64,000 nt of DNA from an uncultured Erysipelotrichaceae bacterium (GCA_902802905.1 CADCNT010000010.1:2393-66392); one strand, 5' to 3'. Numbered from the stretch's first letter, positions 1 through 12,200 are shown. The notes: generated from the letters alone by a model not told the origin. Made by a program: numbers and translations.

Positions 1-528
1 ATTTCCTCTTTTATTTCTGTGGTTGCAGAAATTTTAGGACAAGAAGGTAATAAGATTACTATCCCTGGATATTACTATAAAGGTACACAAATCGATGAAG
101 AAGGAGCGATAGAAATTAAATTAGGCGTTGATTTCTCTTTCATGAAGACATTATTTGACGGTATTGATGATATGCCTGACATTTCCTTCCCTCAATTAGA
201 CCCAGACACAATTGAACAAGTTGTTTATACAACTTACTTAAATAACATCGTAACTGTTAATATCCCTGTTAGCGAAATAGATGTTTTATATCAATTATAT
301 TGGTACGGTGTTGATTTCAATGTTGATGGAGAAGGTAAACTAGTTAAAAATGACACTCCATTTGAGGGTCATAAACCTGGTAGTCATCCAACTGCTGAAG
401 ATGTAAAAACCATTAACGAAACATATAACTATAAAGAAACTCATAAGCAATTCTTTGAAACATTAAAAATGGATTCAGGAGACTATCGCGATTATTACAC
501 TTTAGCGATGGGATTATCAAAGGCATAA
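1..528 (+). CDS. 5'-truncated hypothetical protein upstream of ABC-2 ATPases
   Basis: Frame open from base 1 to TAA at 526-528, and the next ATG follows 1 nt later. No recognisable motif in the visible part. Confidence 0.6.
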   Translation: MSSFISVVAEILGQEGNKITIPGYYYKGTQIDEEGAIEIKLGVDFSFMKTLFDGIDDMPDISFPQLDPDTIEQVVYTTYLNNIVTVNIPVSEIDVLYQLYWYGVDFNVDGEGKLVKNDTPFEGHKPGSHPTAEDVKTINETYNYKETHKQFFETLKMDSGDYRDYYTLAMGLSKA

Positions 529-529
529 C

Positions 530-1501
530 ATGGATAAAAAAGAAATCATTATTGAAGTTGATCATTTAACAAAAGACTATGGCTATGGCCGTGGTGTCTT
601 TGATGTCTCTATTAAAGTCCATAAAGGTGAATGCTATGGCTATCTAGGCCCTAATGGAGCAGGTAAATCCACAACTATTAGACATATTATGGGCTTTGCT
701 AAACCAACAATAGGGGCAACCCGTATCTTTGGGCAAGACACTTTTGGTAATACCGAAAACATCTTAGATAAAGTTGGTTATTTACCAGGTGAACCCGCTA
801 TTCCAGCTGGTTTAGATGGTTGGGGATTCCTCAACATGATGGAAGGTATGAGAGGTGGAGTGGATAAAAACTGGCTTGATCATTTACTTAAGCTCTTTAA
901 ATTTAATCCCGGTGTACCTGTGAAATCTATGTCTCTAGGTGAAAAAAGAAAACTCGCAGTGGTTGCTGCTTTTATGAATGACCCAGATGTTTTAATTCTT
1001 GATGAACCTACCAGTGGACTAGATCCAGTAATGCAAAAAGTGTTTATCAAATTCATCATCGATGAAAAGAAAAGAGGAAAGACAATTCTTCTTTCAAGCC
1101 ATATCTTCTCTGAAGTAGACGCTACTTGTGACACGATTTCGATTATTAAAGATGGAAAACACGTCTCTACATTTAACGCGAAAGAATTAAAGAAAGAACA
1201 AAATCGAACATTCGAATTAGAATTTGCGGATAAAGATAATTTCCATCGTTTCATAGATGAAAAGAATAAATTCAGCATTGTTTCCTCTAATGAGTCCACA
1301 CTTAATTGTTTAGTGTCATTCCCACACGATAAATATAACGAATTCTTTGACACTCTTGAGGGAATTAAAGTCACTAAATTCCAAGAGAAACCATTTACAT
1401 TACAAGACTACTTTATGTCCTTCTACAAAGAAGAAAGAGACTTTGGTGGTCTAGCGGGAGTTAAAGGTAATTCTAAGGAGGGATTAAATAATGGAAAATA
1501 A
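530..1501 (+). CDS. ABC-2 type transporter ATP-binding protein
   Basis: Walker A GPNGAGKST, signature MSLGE, Walker B LILDEPT, H-loop SSH. Confidence 0.93.
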   Translation: MDKKEIIIEVDHLTKDYGYGRGVFDVSIKVHKGECYGYLGPNGAGKSTTIRHIMGFAKPTIGATRIFGQDTFGNTENILDKVGYLPGEPAIPAGLDGWGFLNMMEGMRGGVDKNWLDHLLKLFKFNPGVPVKSMSLGEKRKLAVVAAFMNDPDVLILDEPTSGLDPVMQKVFIKFIIDEKKRGKTILLSSHIFSEVDATCDTISIIKDGKHVSTFNAKELKKEQNRTFELEFADKDNFHRFIDEKNKFSIVSSNESTLNCLVSFPHDKYNEFFDTLEGIKVTKFQEKPFTLQDYFMSFYKEERDFGGLAGVKGNSKEGLNNGK

Positions 1502-2396
1502 AGAAGTCATTATTTCAGTTAAAAACCTCACTAAGGATTATGGTAAAGGTCGTGGTATCTTTGATATCTCTTTTGATGTATATAAGGGGTCTGTGTTTGG
1601 TTATTGCGGCACGAATGGTAGTGGTAAGACCACAACTTTAAGAAATATCATGGGCTTTATCAAGCCTGATAATGGCGAAGTCTTTGTAAAAGGATTAAAT
1701 GCTTGGAAAGAAGCGGATGAAATTAAAAAGTATATTGGCTATTTACCAGGCGAGATTGCCTTCCCGGCAGTGGAAAACGGCTCTGAATTTTTAAAGATAC
1801 AAGCAGAGTCTCTTGGTTTAACGGACATGTCTAAAGCGGAAAGAATCATTAACGCTTTGCAATTAGATCCAACCGCGAACTTAAAAAGAATGTCTAAAGG
1901 TATGAAACAAAAGACAGCGATTGTCGCCGCCTTCATGCATTCACCAGAAATATTAATATTAGATGAACCTACAACTGGCTTAGACCCATTGATGAGAGAT
2001 GCATTTGTGAATCTCATCAAAGAAGAAAAAGCCAGAGGGGCCACAATCATCATGTCTAACCACATGTTTGATGAATTAGAAGAAACATGTGATTATGTCG
2101 GATTTATTAAAGATGGACACTTAATAGATGTCGTGGACATGAACGCTTTAAGAAATCTCCCTTATCGAGATTATCAAATTACTCTTACAAATAAAGAAGA
2201 CTACGAAAAGATTGATGTTAGTAAATACGAAGTGCTCGAGAAGAATGATGATGAGTTATCGCTTCTTATAAGAGTAGAATTGAAGAACACTAATCAACTA
2301 CTTCAAGAGATTAGAAAATATCAAATCAGTGGATTTACGGAAAGAAAACATACATTAGAAGAACACTTCATTAAAGATATTAAGGAGGCAGAATAA
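1491..2396 (+). CDS. ABC-2 type transporter ATP-binding protein (paralog of the upstream gene)
   Basis: GTNGSGKTT, MSKGM, LILDEPTTGLDP, SNH. RBS AAGGAGG upstream. Confidence 0.93.
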   Translation: MENKEVIISVKNLTKDYGKGRGIFDISFDVYKGSVFGYCGTNGSGKTTTLRNIMGFIKPDNGEVFVKGLNAWKEADEIKKYIGYLPGEIAFPAVENGSEFLKIQAESLGLTDMSKAERIINALQLDPTANLKRMSKGMKQKTAIVAAFMHSPEILILDEPTTGLDPLMRDAFVNLIKEEKARGATIIMSNHMFDELEETCDYVGFIKDGHLIDVVDMNALRNLPYRDYQITLTNKEDYEKIDVSKYEVLEKNDDELSLLIRVELKNTNQLLQEIRKYQISGFTERKHTLEEHFIKDIKEAE

Positions 2397-2397
2397 G

Positions 2398-3384
2398 ATG
2401 GAAGCAACTCAAGAAAAAAGAAGAATCTCATTTATATCAAAACCATTATTCAAGCAGTCATTTAAATCATTATTTGGTTTATGGCTAGCGATGACTATTG
2501 GTTCTGCCTTTATCTTTATTATTATTAATGTGGCGATTGGCTCTAAGAGCATCTTCACTAACATTAATATGGATGAAGTTTCTACCTATGTTAAAAATGA
2601 AGGCTTAGGCTGGTTACAAGTTTTAGGTTTATTAGAAAAGATGGGCTTTAACTTAGCAAGAATTCAAGTCATGTCGCAAATTGACTTAAATAGCATTCTT
2701 AATGAATTAATATATAAGATTGCTGGTGTCTTATTACCAATGATTTATGTGATGATTTGCGCGAATAGATTAATCGCTGCACAGGTGAGTGATGGCTCTA
2801 TGGCGTATATCTTATCGACACCTACTAATCGTAAAACAGTGGTGAGAACCCAATACATTTTCTTACTTTTATCCATCTTTGTGATGTATATCGTGATCTT
2901 TGTTGCTGCTTATTCCTCAGAAGCGATTTCCCAAGCAATCCAAGCTGCTAAAACACCAACTAAAGTGAGAGCGTGGAATCCATATGTCACTCCGTTATTC
3001 TGCTTCGGTTCCTTCTTAAGCATCTTTGCTTTAGGTGGTATCGCCTTTGGTGCTTCATCTTTCTTTAATAAGAGCAATTATAGTGTCGCTGTTGGTGGAG
3101 GAGCATGTATCATTTCCTTCCTTTGCTGTATCTTAGGCTTATTTGGTAACCAAGTATTTGTCGCGGTCGGTATTGGTGTTAAAGCTATGAGCTTATTTAA
3201 CTATTTATCTATTTTCACTCTGGTGGACAACACCTCAATGAGTTCGTTTGCTAAAGCGGCGGCAGGATATGATGCAGCATTCGATTTTAATTGGATATGG
3301 GAGCTAGCAATCCTTATTGTAATAGGTGCTGTTTTTGCCTATTTAGGTGGCAGAAGATTTGTAAAAAAAGATTTGCCACTTTAA
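2398..3384 (+). CDS. ABC-2 transporter permease
   Basis: About 6 hydrophobic segments, DGSMAYILSTP motif and C-terminal FVKKDLPL, typical of this permease family. Confidence 0.88.
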   Translation: MEATQEKRRISFISKPLFKQSFKSLFGLWLAMTIGSAFIFIIINVAIGSKSIFTNINMDEVSTYVKNEGLGWLQVLGLLEKMGFNLARIQVMSQIDLNSILNELIYKIAGVLLPMIYVMICANRLIAAQVSDGSMAYILSTPTNRKTVVRTQYIFLLLSIFVMYIVIFVAAYSSEAISQAIQAAKTPTKVRAWNPYVTPLFCFGSFLSIFALGGIAFGASSFFNKSNYSVAVGGGACIISFLCCILGLFGNQVFVAVGIGVKAMSLFNYLSIFTLVDNTSMSSFAKAAAGYDAAFDFNWIWELAILIVIGAVFAYLGGRRFVKKDLPL

Positions 3385-3394
3385 TAAACTGGAA

Positions 3395-3426
3395 AGAAAA
3401 AAAGCAACCTGATGGTTGCTTTTCTT
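3395..3426. terminator. Bidirectional intrinsic terminator
   Basis: AAAAGCAACC-TGAT-GGTTGCTTTT between convergent genes. Confidence 0.85.
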
Positions 3427-3442
3427 ATATAAGTCTTTATTT

Positions 3443-5785
3443 TTATAAGTTGTTCACACACATAACTTCAATGTTTTCAACTTTAATTGGCTTTGTTGCT
3501 ATGATTCTAATTGGTCTATTTGCTAATAAATCAAAATAGTTATCGCTAAAGACAACTTCGTAGTCATGTGCGTTTAAATACACTGCGCGAGCAAAATTAT
3601 CTGAAGATATTTCAAATTCATATTCGCTTATTTGCTTCATCTTTATAGTTGCCGTTGGATATTTATAATTTTTGTCTTTCAAGAAATGGTAAATGTTTGA
3701 TGATAATAGCTTGCCATTTTTATCTTTTAAATATGCTACATAACCATAACAATTTTTGTCGTCTTCAAAATTGATAATATCAACATCGGAGTATTTATCA
3801 ACTCTAACACTAATGGTCTTTTCTTCTTTTAAATTGAATTCTAGATCAATTTTAGAATAAGAAAGTTGATATTCTTGTTCTTCACTGGTGTCGTTAGAGA
3901 CACAAATGCAATCTTTCTTAAAGAGAACTAAGTGTGGATTATAAAACCTCTTTGAATAGTAGTGCAGCGCTTTTAAACCAAAATAATAATCTATAGAACT
4001 TAATGATTGGCATGGCCAACAATCGTTTAACTGCCAATATATCGCTCCATTGCAGCGATATTTATTCCCTCTTAAGTTTTCTACACAAAGTTTAATTCCT
4101 TCAGCTTGAGTCAGCATTGATAAATATGTAACTTCTTTTAAGTCTTTTTCGTTGAAATTAAATTCTCTTCTTACATATCTCATCATCTTTTCATTGCTCT
4201 TGGCGGGGTCTTTTTGATGAGAAATCATGACTTTGGAATCCAAACTTAAATCAGATTCTTCTGTGAATTTACAAATCGTATCATAAGTTGGTAAAGATTG
4301 AAGGCCAAATTCAGATAATAATCTTGGTTTAATATTTAAATAATCTTCTATTTCTCTATCAGATCCCCATACCCACCAGTAGTGAGTGTCTAAGAAATTA
4401 GTGTCACTAGGTGAAGCAAAATATGGTTCTCCAGATGTCGGAGAAGATGTTAAATAATAGAAGTCACTCTCTTGATTAACAATATCTTTTAGCAAATGAT
4501 GGAACATTTCTAAATATTGTAGTGCTTGCTTATGACCGTGTCCTCTAACTCCGTCTTCTACTTCATTATTACCTGCAATTATAAATAGGGAAGCGTGGTG
4601 TCTAATTCTTCTTAACGCGTCGCGCGTTTCTTTTATTACATTATTTTTAAATAAGGAATCATCGATGTTGTAACTACCGCAGGCAAACATTAAGTCTTGC
4701 CAAACAAGGATTCCTAATCTATCGCATGTTTCATAAAAATCATCGTTTGGATAATAACCGCCACCCCACACTCTAATGCAATTGTGGTTGAAGTTTTTAG
4801 CAAGCTCAATGAGTCTTTCTGTTCTTTCTTTGCTGGTGAACGGAATGATGCTGTCTTCTGGAATATAGTTTGATCCTTTTAAGAAAACTTTATTGCCATT
4901 AACATATATTGCAAAGTTTCTGCCGTATTTATCAAAAGAGTCATCAACTCTAATTTTTCTGATTCCAATTTGGTAGTGGTAGCTATCTTCTCCTAAATCA
5001 ATTGTTAAATCGTATAGGTTTGGTTCTCCAAAACCAACGGGATTCCATAGTTTAGGAGAACTTATTTCAAAAAATACGCCATCTCTGTATGGTTTTTTGA
5101 CGTTAAATCCGTGACCTGATAAAGCTACTGATACATTAGATTTATCAGTGTTTTCAATTTCTAAATCAACTTTAACTATGACACTTCCGTCATCTTTGAA
5201 ATCATAATGATGTCTAAATGTTTCTAAATATCCATTATTGGTGGACAAGATACAAGACTCGCCCATGATTCCCATATCAGGAATAAGTGGTCCCCAGTCC
5301 CAGCCAAACATATAGTTGGCTTGTCTAATTATTGGGGATTCCTTTTCGGTTATCGCATAAGATTCAAATAAACCTTCTTCATTTGGATGGTTTTTGATGT
5401 AGTTATAAGAAGAAGAGAATAAGATGGTTAATTTGTTTTCAGCTTTTAAGATTTTGTTATCAAGTAAAAAGTGATAGCGGATATGCATATCACTAACATC
5501 GCTAATTAAAACGTCATTAACAAAAATTTTCGCGATAGTGCAAACTCTATCTAAAACAAGGTAGTTCTTCTTAGATAGTTCTTCCTTGCTTAAAACAAAA
5601 GTGGTTTCGAATTTATAATCCTTTTTTAAATAAGGTAGAACCTTTGCTTCATTATCTCGATAATATGGATCATCTATAAGATTGTTTTCTAAAAGAGCGC
5701 TCATAACTGAGCAAGGACATGACTTACTTACTACTTCAATACCTTCAGATGATATTTTCCATGATTGGTTTAATAGATGCTTCAT
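3443..5785 (-). CDS. GH2 beta-mannosidase-like glycoside hydrolase
   Basis: FGWDWGP, KGSNYIP, RVWGGGYY, WQDLMFAC, GNNE (acid/base), SEFG (nucleophile), YWQLNDCWP. Confidence 0.92.
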   Translation of the reverse strand: MKHLLNQSWKISSEGIEVVSKSCPCSVMSALLENNLIDDPYYRDNEAKVLPYLKKDYKFETTFVLSKEELSKKNYLVLDRVCTIAKIFVNDVLISDVSDMHIRYHFLLDNKILKAENKLTILFSSSYNYIKNHPNEEGLFESYAITEKESPIIRQANYMFGWDWGPLIPDMGIMGESCILSTNNGYLETFRHHYDFKDDGSVIVKVDLEIENTDKSNVSVALSGHGFNVKKPYRDGVFFEISSPKLWNPVGFGEPNLYDLTIDLGEDSYHYQIGIRKIRVDDSFDKYGRNFAIYVNGNKVFLKGSNYIPEDSIIPFTSKERTERLIELAKNFNHNCIRVWGGGYYPNDDFYETCDRLGILVWQDLMFACGSYNIDDSLFKNNVIKETRDALRRIRHHASLFIIAGNNEVEDGVRGHGHKQALQYLEMFHHLLKDIVNQESDFYYLTSSPTSGEPYFASPSDTNFLDTHYWWVWGSDREIEDYLNIKPRLLSEFGLQSLPTYDTICKFTEESDLSLDSKVMISHQKDPAKSNEKMMRYVRREFNFNEKDLKEVTYLSMLTQAEGIKLCVENLRGNKYRCNGAIYWQLNDCWPCQSLSSIDYYFGLKALHYYSKRFYNPHLVLFKKDCICVSNDTSEEQEYQLSYSKIDLEFNLKEEKTISVRVDKYSDVDIINFEDDKNCYGYVAYLKDKNGKLLSSNIYHFLKDKNYKYPTATIKMKQISEYEFEISSDNFARAVYLNAHDYEVVFSDNYFDLLANRPIRIIATKPIKVENIEVMCVNNL

Positions 5786-5787
5786 TG

Positions 5788-6609
5788 CTATTTTACCTGT
5801 TTATGATTTTTCCTAAATTTTAGAGGCGAACATCCAACGTACTTTATAAATTTGGAATAGAAGTTGCTTGTGGATTCAAAACCAGATTCAATAACTATTT
5901 CTGTGATTGATAAATCGGTTTCAATAATTAATTTCTTTGCGTATTCAATTCTTTGGTTGATGATGAAGTCTTGAATTGTAATCCCGTACTGTTTATGAAA
6001 AATGGTGGATGTGTAGAATTTGGAATAACCAACATATTCAGCGATTTCATCGAGTGAAACTTTTTGAGTAAAACGATTATTCTTTTGTAAAAAATAGATT
6101 ACTTTTGCGGAAACAGAATCATCATATAGTGATGTATTGTTCTTATCAAGTCTTATGAATAAGGTGAAAATCATCTCCACTAAAGCAATTCTTATGTCTA
6201 AAGATTTGTCGTGGTCTTTGTTCTCTATTTCGTCATTAATCATCTTAAATAAAAAATAGAATTTATCATATTGCTTATCAGTAAGATGAAAAACGATTGG
6301 GTTTTTGAAGGAGTGAAGTTTTTGAATAATCCAACCAGGAAGTATTGATGGTTTTACTTTAATATGCGAAAAGGAAATGCCTTCAGAAATGATTTGATGA
6401 TAGTCGATTGGTCGCAACAAAAAGATATCATTTTTCTTTAACTCAAATTCTTCTCCGTTGAATACTTGGCGGCCTTTTCCGGAGGTCACTAATTCAAACT
6501 CAAAATGGTCGTGGTAATGTAGGGGGTAATCCCCTGCAGGCCATTCGGCATAGCCAAATTTAATATCATCATCAAGGACAAAGACAAGATTGTCTCTTTT
6601 TTGTTCCAT
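5788..6609 (-). CDS. AraC family transcriptional regulator
   Basis: N-terminal cupin LHYHDHFEFELV and C-terminal double HTH (SLDEIA...GFESTSNFYSKFIKYVGCSP). Start placed at ATG 6609 just after a TATAAT; 6636 is an alternative. Confidence 0.9.
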   Translation of the reverse strand: MEQKRDNLVFVLDDDIKFGYAEWPAGDYPLHYHDHFEFELVTSGKGRQVFNGEEFELKKNDIFLLRPIDYHQIISEGISFSHIKVKPSILPGWIIQKLHSFKNPIVFHLTDKQYDKFYFLFKMINDEIENKDHDKSLDIRIALVEMIFTLFIRLDKNNTSLYDDSVSAKVIYFLQKNNRFTQKVSLDEIAEYVGYSKFYTSTIFHKQYGITIQDFIINQRIEYAKKLIIETDLSITEIVIESGFESTSNFYSKFIKYVGCSPLKFRKNHKQVK

Positions 6610-6733
6610 ACAACTATTATATAGCAACTCCTCCATATCACAATAAAAAGGAATTTTTTATCAATTCCAAAGTAGAGCTGGTATCTTTAGAAGGCTAAAA
6701 TATAGCTATATTAATTGATAAAGGGCTTTATAT

Positions 6734-9226
6734 ATGAAAAAAGTTTTACATTTAGTTTGTAATTCTCATATCGACCCTGTTTGGCAATGGGATTGGGATG
6801 AGGGTATAAGCGCAACATTATCTACTTTTTATGCTGCATGCAATCTTTTGGATAAGTACGACTTTATCTTCTGTCATAATGAAGTAATACTCTATGAATA
6901 TATTGAAAAATATGACCCAGAACTTTTTGCACGCATCGAGAAATTGGTAGCGGAAGGTAAATGGAAAATCATGGGAGGATGGTATATCCAACCTGATTGC
7001 TTGGTTCCTTCAGGCGAATCTTTTATTAGACAATGTTCTTTAGGAAGAGAATACTTTAAAGATAAATTTAACGTAAGACCAACTACTGCGATTAACTTTG
7101 ATGCTTTTGGCCATACAAGAGGACTTCCTTCAATTCTTAAAAAATGTGGCTTTGATTCATATGTTTTCTGCCGTCCTTTATTATGCTTGCATACAATGCA
7201 TGATGTTGATATGCCACATGGACCATACCTTTGGGAAGGATATGATGGAAGTCGTGTAAAAGCCCTTCGATATGAAGACACAGAAGCAAACTATACTTCA
7301 GTCTTTGGCTATGCGAAAAGAGATATCTTAAGAAAATCTGATTATTATAAAGACTTAGATGTCAGGCTCGCTCTTTGGGGCGTTGGAAATCATGGTGGGA
7401 TGTCTAGTGAAAAAGATTTAGAAGACATCATGGTCTTAATGGATGAGAAAAAAGGTGAATTCATTATTAAGCATTCTTCTTTAGAAGACTATTTTAAAGA
7501 ATGTGGTGAGCCAACCACTGCTGATAATCGTCAATACCTCGCTTTAATCAAATCGTATTCATCTGTGCATCCAATTAAGTTAGCTCACGATCAATTAGAA
7601 AATGCTTTATATTTCACTGAAAAAATCTGCTCTGTTGCTGACCTTTCAGGAAAATATCACTATAACAAAGAAGTGTTAAAAGACGCTGAACGTGTCTTAT
7701 GCCAAGTTGAATTCCACGATGTCTTAAGCGGCACTGCGATTAAGATTGGTACCGATTCATCAATTAGAAAAGCCCATCACGCAATCGATGAACTGAAAAA
7801 AGAAGCAATGACCGCGTTTGTGCGCCTTGCTGCTGACCTTCCTAAAGTTATCCCAGGTGATGACAATATGGTGGTCTTTAATCCATTCCCATACGAATTT
7901 AATGGCTATGTTGAAACTGAAATTTATCCAGTTAATGCATGCGTCGATAACCAAGCATTTAAACTTAATGTTTACGATATAAATGGAAAGCCAGTTGATT
8001 TCCAAATGATTCATGAAAACAGCTTGATTGGTCATCAAAAGAGAGTGCGTCTTATTTATGATGTGAAAGTTCCTGCTTTTTCTGTCACTTCTTATGGAGT
8101 TCATAATGAGGTCGTGAAAAAAGAAGAAAAATCAATCGATTGCGAAAATGACATCATTGTTGAAGATGAAGTTAAGTATGTTCGTATTTCTCGAAAGACT
8201 GGCTTTATTGAATCGTTCAAAGTCAACGGAGAAGAATATTTGGCTGGTCCAGGAGGAATCCCATCTATCTTTAGTGACGGACCTGATCCATGGGGTTGGC
8301 GAATTAAAAATTTAACAGATCCTGTTTATAACGAGAATGGATGGCCAGTTGATGTTGGCAAGTCCACTCTAAAAGATATGAGGTGTGACAATTCTTCCAA
8401 AGGTGTATATGAAGGTCTTAAAGGTGTCACTATTCTAGAAGAAGGCAAATTACTTACTGAAGTTCAATCTCTTTATTCTAGAGGTGAGACTCACGTTATA
8501 GTTAACTACAAGATTTATAAAAATAAACCAACTGTTGATATGAACATTCACGTTTTATTCAACGAACATCAAAAAGGTTTAAAAATCAAATTCCCTCTTA
8601 AAGGCAGCAAGAGCTATTTTGCTCAGATGGCGTTTGGAGTGGAGAACTACTCTGATGAAAAAGAATATCCATGCAACCGCTATGTCGGTATGAAAAAAGG
8701 CGACAAGTGTCTCGCCATTTATAATCGCAGCGGCATTCATAGTGTTTCCAAAAAAGGAAAATACATTACATTAACTTTACTTAATGGTTCAGCGTATTGC
8801 TGTCACCCAACAAGATCATATAATCCAATGCTTGTTGATATGAATCGTTATGTTCCATATATTGAGCAAGGCGTTAGTGATTTCTCCTTGCGCTTACAAG
8901 TCAACAAAGTGGAAGAATGTGAAAAGTATGCGATGGAATTTAACCAAGCACCTTATTCCTTACATTATTTCCCACATGGAAGTGGCAAGAATGTAGTAAA
9001 AGATATTATTACTTTATCTAATCCGAACATCGTAATTACCGCTCTCAAGCGAAGAAATGATGGAACTTTCTTAATCCGTTTATATAATGGATTAAGTAAG
9101 AAAGCTTCTACTGAGTTACAAATGAAAGGCATTAAAAAGAAGATTTCATTTGGTAAATATGAATTTAAGACTTTTGTCTTTAATGATAAACAAGTCGTAG
9201 AGTCGGAGGATGCTTCAATTTATTAA
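6734..9226 (+). CDS. GH38 alpha-mannosidase
   Basis: SHIDPVWQW zinc motif, GGWYIQPD, NFDAFGH nucleophile motif, GVGNHGG, FHDVLSGT. Confidence 0.92.
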   Translation: MKKVLHLVCNSHIDPVWQWDWDEGISATLSTFYAACNLLDKYDFIFCHNEVILYEYIEKYDPELFARIEKLVAEGKWKIMGGWYIQPDCLVPSGESFIRQCSLGREYFKDKFNVRPTTAINFDAFGHTRGLPSILKKCGFDSYVFCRPLLCLHTMHDVDMPHGPYLWEGYDGSRVKALRYEDTEANYTSVFGYAKRDILRKSDYYKDLDVRLALWGVGNHGGMSSEKDLEDIMVLMDEKKGEFIIKHSSLEDYFKECGEPTTADNRQYLALIKSYSSVHPIKLAHDQLENALYFTEKICSVADLSGKYHYNKEVLKDAERVLCQVEFHDVLSGTAIKIGTDSSIRKAHHAIDELKKEAMTAFVRLAADLPKVIPGDDNMVVFNPFPYEFNGYVETEIYPVNACVDNQAFKLNVYDINGKPVDFQMIHENSLIGHQKRVRLIYDVKVPAFSVTSYGVHNEVVKKEEKSIDCENDIIVEDEVKYVRISRKTGFIESFKVNGEEYLAGPGGIPSIFSDGPDPWGWRIKNLTDPVYNENGWPVDVGKSTLKDMRCDNSSKGVYEGLKGVTILEEGKLLTEVQSLYSRGETHVIVNYKIYKNKPTVDMNIHVLFNEHQKGLKIKFPLKGSKSYFAQMAFGVENYSDEKEYPCNRYVGMKKGDKCLAIYNRSGIHSVSKKGKYITLTLLNGSAYCCHPTRSYNPMLVDMNRYVPYIEQGVSDFSLRLQVNKVEECEKYAMEFNQAPYSLHYFPHGSGKNVVKDIITLSNPNIVITALKRRNDGTFLIRLYNGLSKKASTELQMKGIKKKISFGKYEFKTFVFNDKQVVESEDASIY

Positions 9227-9227
9227 T

Positions 9228-12200
9228 ATGAAAGCAGGCAAATTGTCTATTTGCTTATTAGGATTATTTACTTCAATGGCCTTAGTGGCCACGAATGTAA
9301 ATCAATCTTTTGCTTTTACTCATGCGTCTAACAATGTTGAGGGGTACTATGCTAAAGCTAGTAGTGGCGCTAACCTCAATAACATCAAGTTCGATTTAGA
9401 AGAAAATAGTGCCCCACAAGCGAGCTATAAGCCTGCATCAATTGACGCGATGAAATTAATTAGAGAAGATGGCTCAATCAACTATCTTCCAGAAAGTTAT
9501 GTCAACGCCACTATTGTTTTTACTAAAGTAAGTGCGACACAATATCAGATTCCTACAACGGTTTTGCAAGGCGTTAAAGGTGGCATCTCTAGAGGTGACA
9601 CGATTGTATTAGACGGAAACTTTACTTCCGACGATTGCACTTTGCATATCAAAGAATCAAAACTCTATGTTTATACCAAGGACGCAATTGTTACTGTTCC
9701 TCATTCAGTAAAAAACATCACTTCTTGTTTAGATAATCTTGTATCAAGTAAAGAAGCCAGAGACAGAGAATGGGCGTTTTTGCTTTGGTCTGAAGGTCTT
9801 TCTTTCGATGACTTTTTAAGGACAGTGGACGATGGCTACTATCCAACAAGCATTCATAATGTCTATGTCGATGGTCAACCACACGCGAATTGCTTATATG
9901 ACGCTCTTAGAAGAAGAGATCCTTATGATCCTAAAGCTTTAATGTATGAAATCTATGTTTGTGCCACTGGTCAAATTGGTACTGATAATCCAAATATTGG
10001 AACAGTGGTGGTATTAGATGGTGTCTTTAATTACAAAAATTATGTTCCAGGACAATATAGTGAAAATCCAATCCTTGATTTAGAACCTGGTGAAAGCTAT
10101 GGCATTCAAATTGGTCTCCTTACACTTTTAAAAGTTGGAGCGGGTGTTGATGACTATGTAAGAATTAATCTTAAATCTTATTTATTAGAACAATTTGAAC
10201 TTCTATATAACCCTGACCTATATGAACCAGACTTGTACTTACAAATTAGTGAGATGCAAGACGCCTTGGAAGCATCTTTAAAAGATTTAACAACCGCGAA
10301 AGATATTTATTCTGCTTATAACTATTATGTTTCCCAGATGGGATTATTAGAATTAACCGAAGAGAGTTTCCAATCCTTTAAAAATGCTTATATCAAAGAG
10401 GTTATGGATTACGTTGATGTTTCTCTTTATTGGGACTCTGTCGCTTTAACCATTCAAGGATATGTTGATGATTGTATTAACACTATTAATAACGCAGTTA
10501 CCACTAAACAAGTAGTAGATGCAGTTAATGAAGTGAAAACCAAAGTTGATAAAACCCACACTCGTTTATATGACATGGAACAGGCTATCTTGAATAGAAC
10601 TTCTGGTTGGGAAAACTATCTTGCCCAATATGATTATGTGACTTTAGATGATTTATCTTTAGGTGAATCACAAGTATTCCATGGAAGAAAAAGCGAAAGA
10701 CAAAATGATATCGATACGTATGATAAAGAAAAGAATCAAATCGATACATTTGTTCCTAGCGCGGAAAATAAAGCGGGTAATGTTGCTTTCTGCTTTAACT
10801 ATCAAGCTGACGCGGTTCCAACTAAAGGCGCGAACATCTTTATAGTTTTACGCGGCATTAAATATTTTGGTTATTGCTTTGCTATGGGCACCAATTCTAA
10901 AGGATTCTTCTTCCAACGTACACAAGGTGGAAGTGGTGAAGAAGATACTGATTTTGAAGGTCGAGAAAGATGCTTCATGTCTACTTCTAAAATCCCTGTT
11001 GTCATTAGAGCGATTGATTTAATTGAAGGTAATCGCACTTGGATTAATGTCAATATTGGTGGATTTGATTATTTAGACAAGATTGTTGATTCCTTATCAT
11101 TTGCCACTAATTCTCGTGTTTCTTTCCGCAACAATATTGAAGATGATAGTGATGTTGATGGCATTGCTACAATTAGCAACTACTATCATCCAAAAGCAAA
11201 AGATGTTAAGGCTAAATATTATGGACTATTTAACTACGATGGTGGACATAATGATGAAGATGAGACACTATACCTATCTTTAGATGATAATGAACTTAAA
11301 TATGATGCGGTTGAAGGAATTAATAGTTATGCGATTCGTAGCGATAATATTAAGCTCATTAGAAATAATGTTGAGTATAAATTAGGAAGAACTGACGTTC
11401 CTGTAATTGGCAAATATAGTGCTTCTTCTTATCGTTTATATTTATCTAATTTATTTAATAATGAAATCGGCGGGCTAGTTGATGGAGACACCATTGTTGT
11501 TTCCGGTGCCTTTGCCTATTTTGATGATGATCCAAACGATAAGGTTGCTTTTGAAGTTGGTACATCAAAATTTGTCTATTCTGCTTCTAGTAAGTCTTGG
11601 AGTCAAATTGTCTCACTAGAAGACGCTAAAAAAGATGCAATTAGACAATTAGATTATTATGTTAGCGAAGATTATTTAGAACAATTTGACGAAGCAGAAA
11701 AAGAACAAGTCACAAATATTGTTAATAACGCAGTTTTATATGTGAATAATCAAACCTCTGTTGAAGGTGTTTACACCGTATTTAATAACGCAGTTAACTC
11801 CATTAATACAGTGATGACTTCTTTACAAAAATATCAACAAGAAGTTATTTCACTTATTTCTTCTTACAAACAAGATGAATATGGTAGTTATCGTCAAGAA
11901 GAACTAGACCTCATCATGTCTTATAAGCAAGAAGCTACTGAAAGTGTTTATAATGCTTCATCTAGAAAAGAAATTGATGATATCTATCAAGAAACAATTG
12001 AGAAAATAGACGCTGTTTTGACTGATGAAGAAATGTCTATTAAAGAACTAAAAGAAGCAAAATATCAGGGTGTTAACACAATTAAGAATAGATATGCTTC
12101 TTTAATCAATAGCTCAATGAGTGATGAGAAGTTAGAAAAACTCAATAATGAAACTATTAAATCAATTGAAAACGTACAAGCCGCTAGTAGCATTGAAGAA

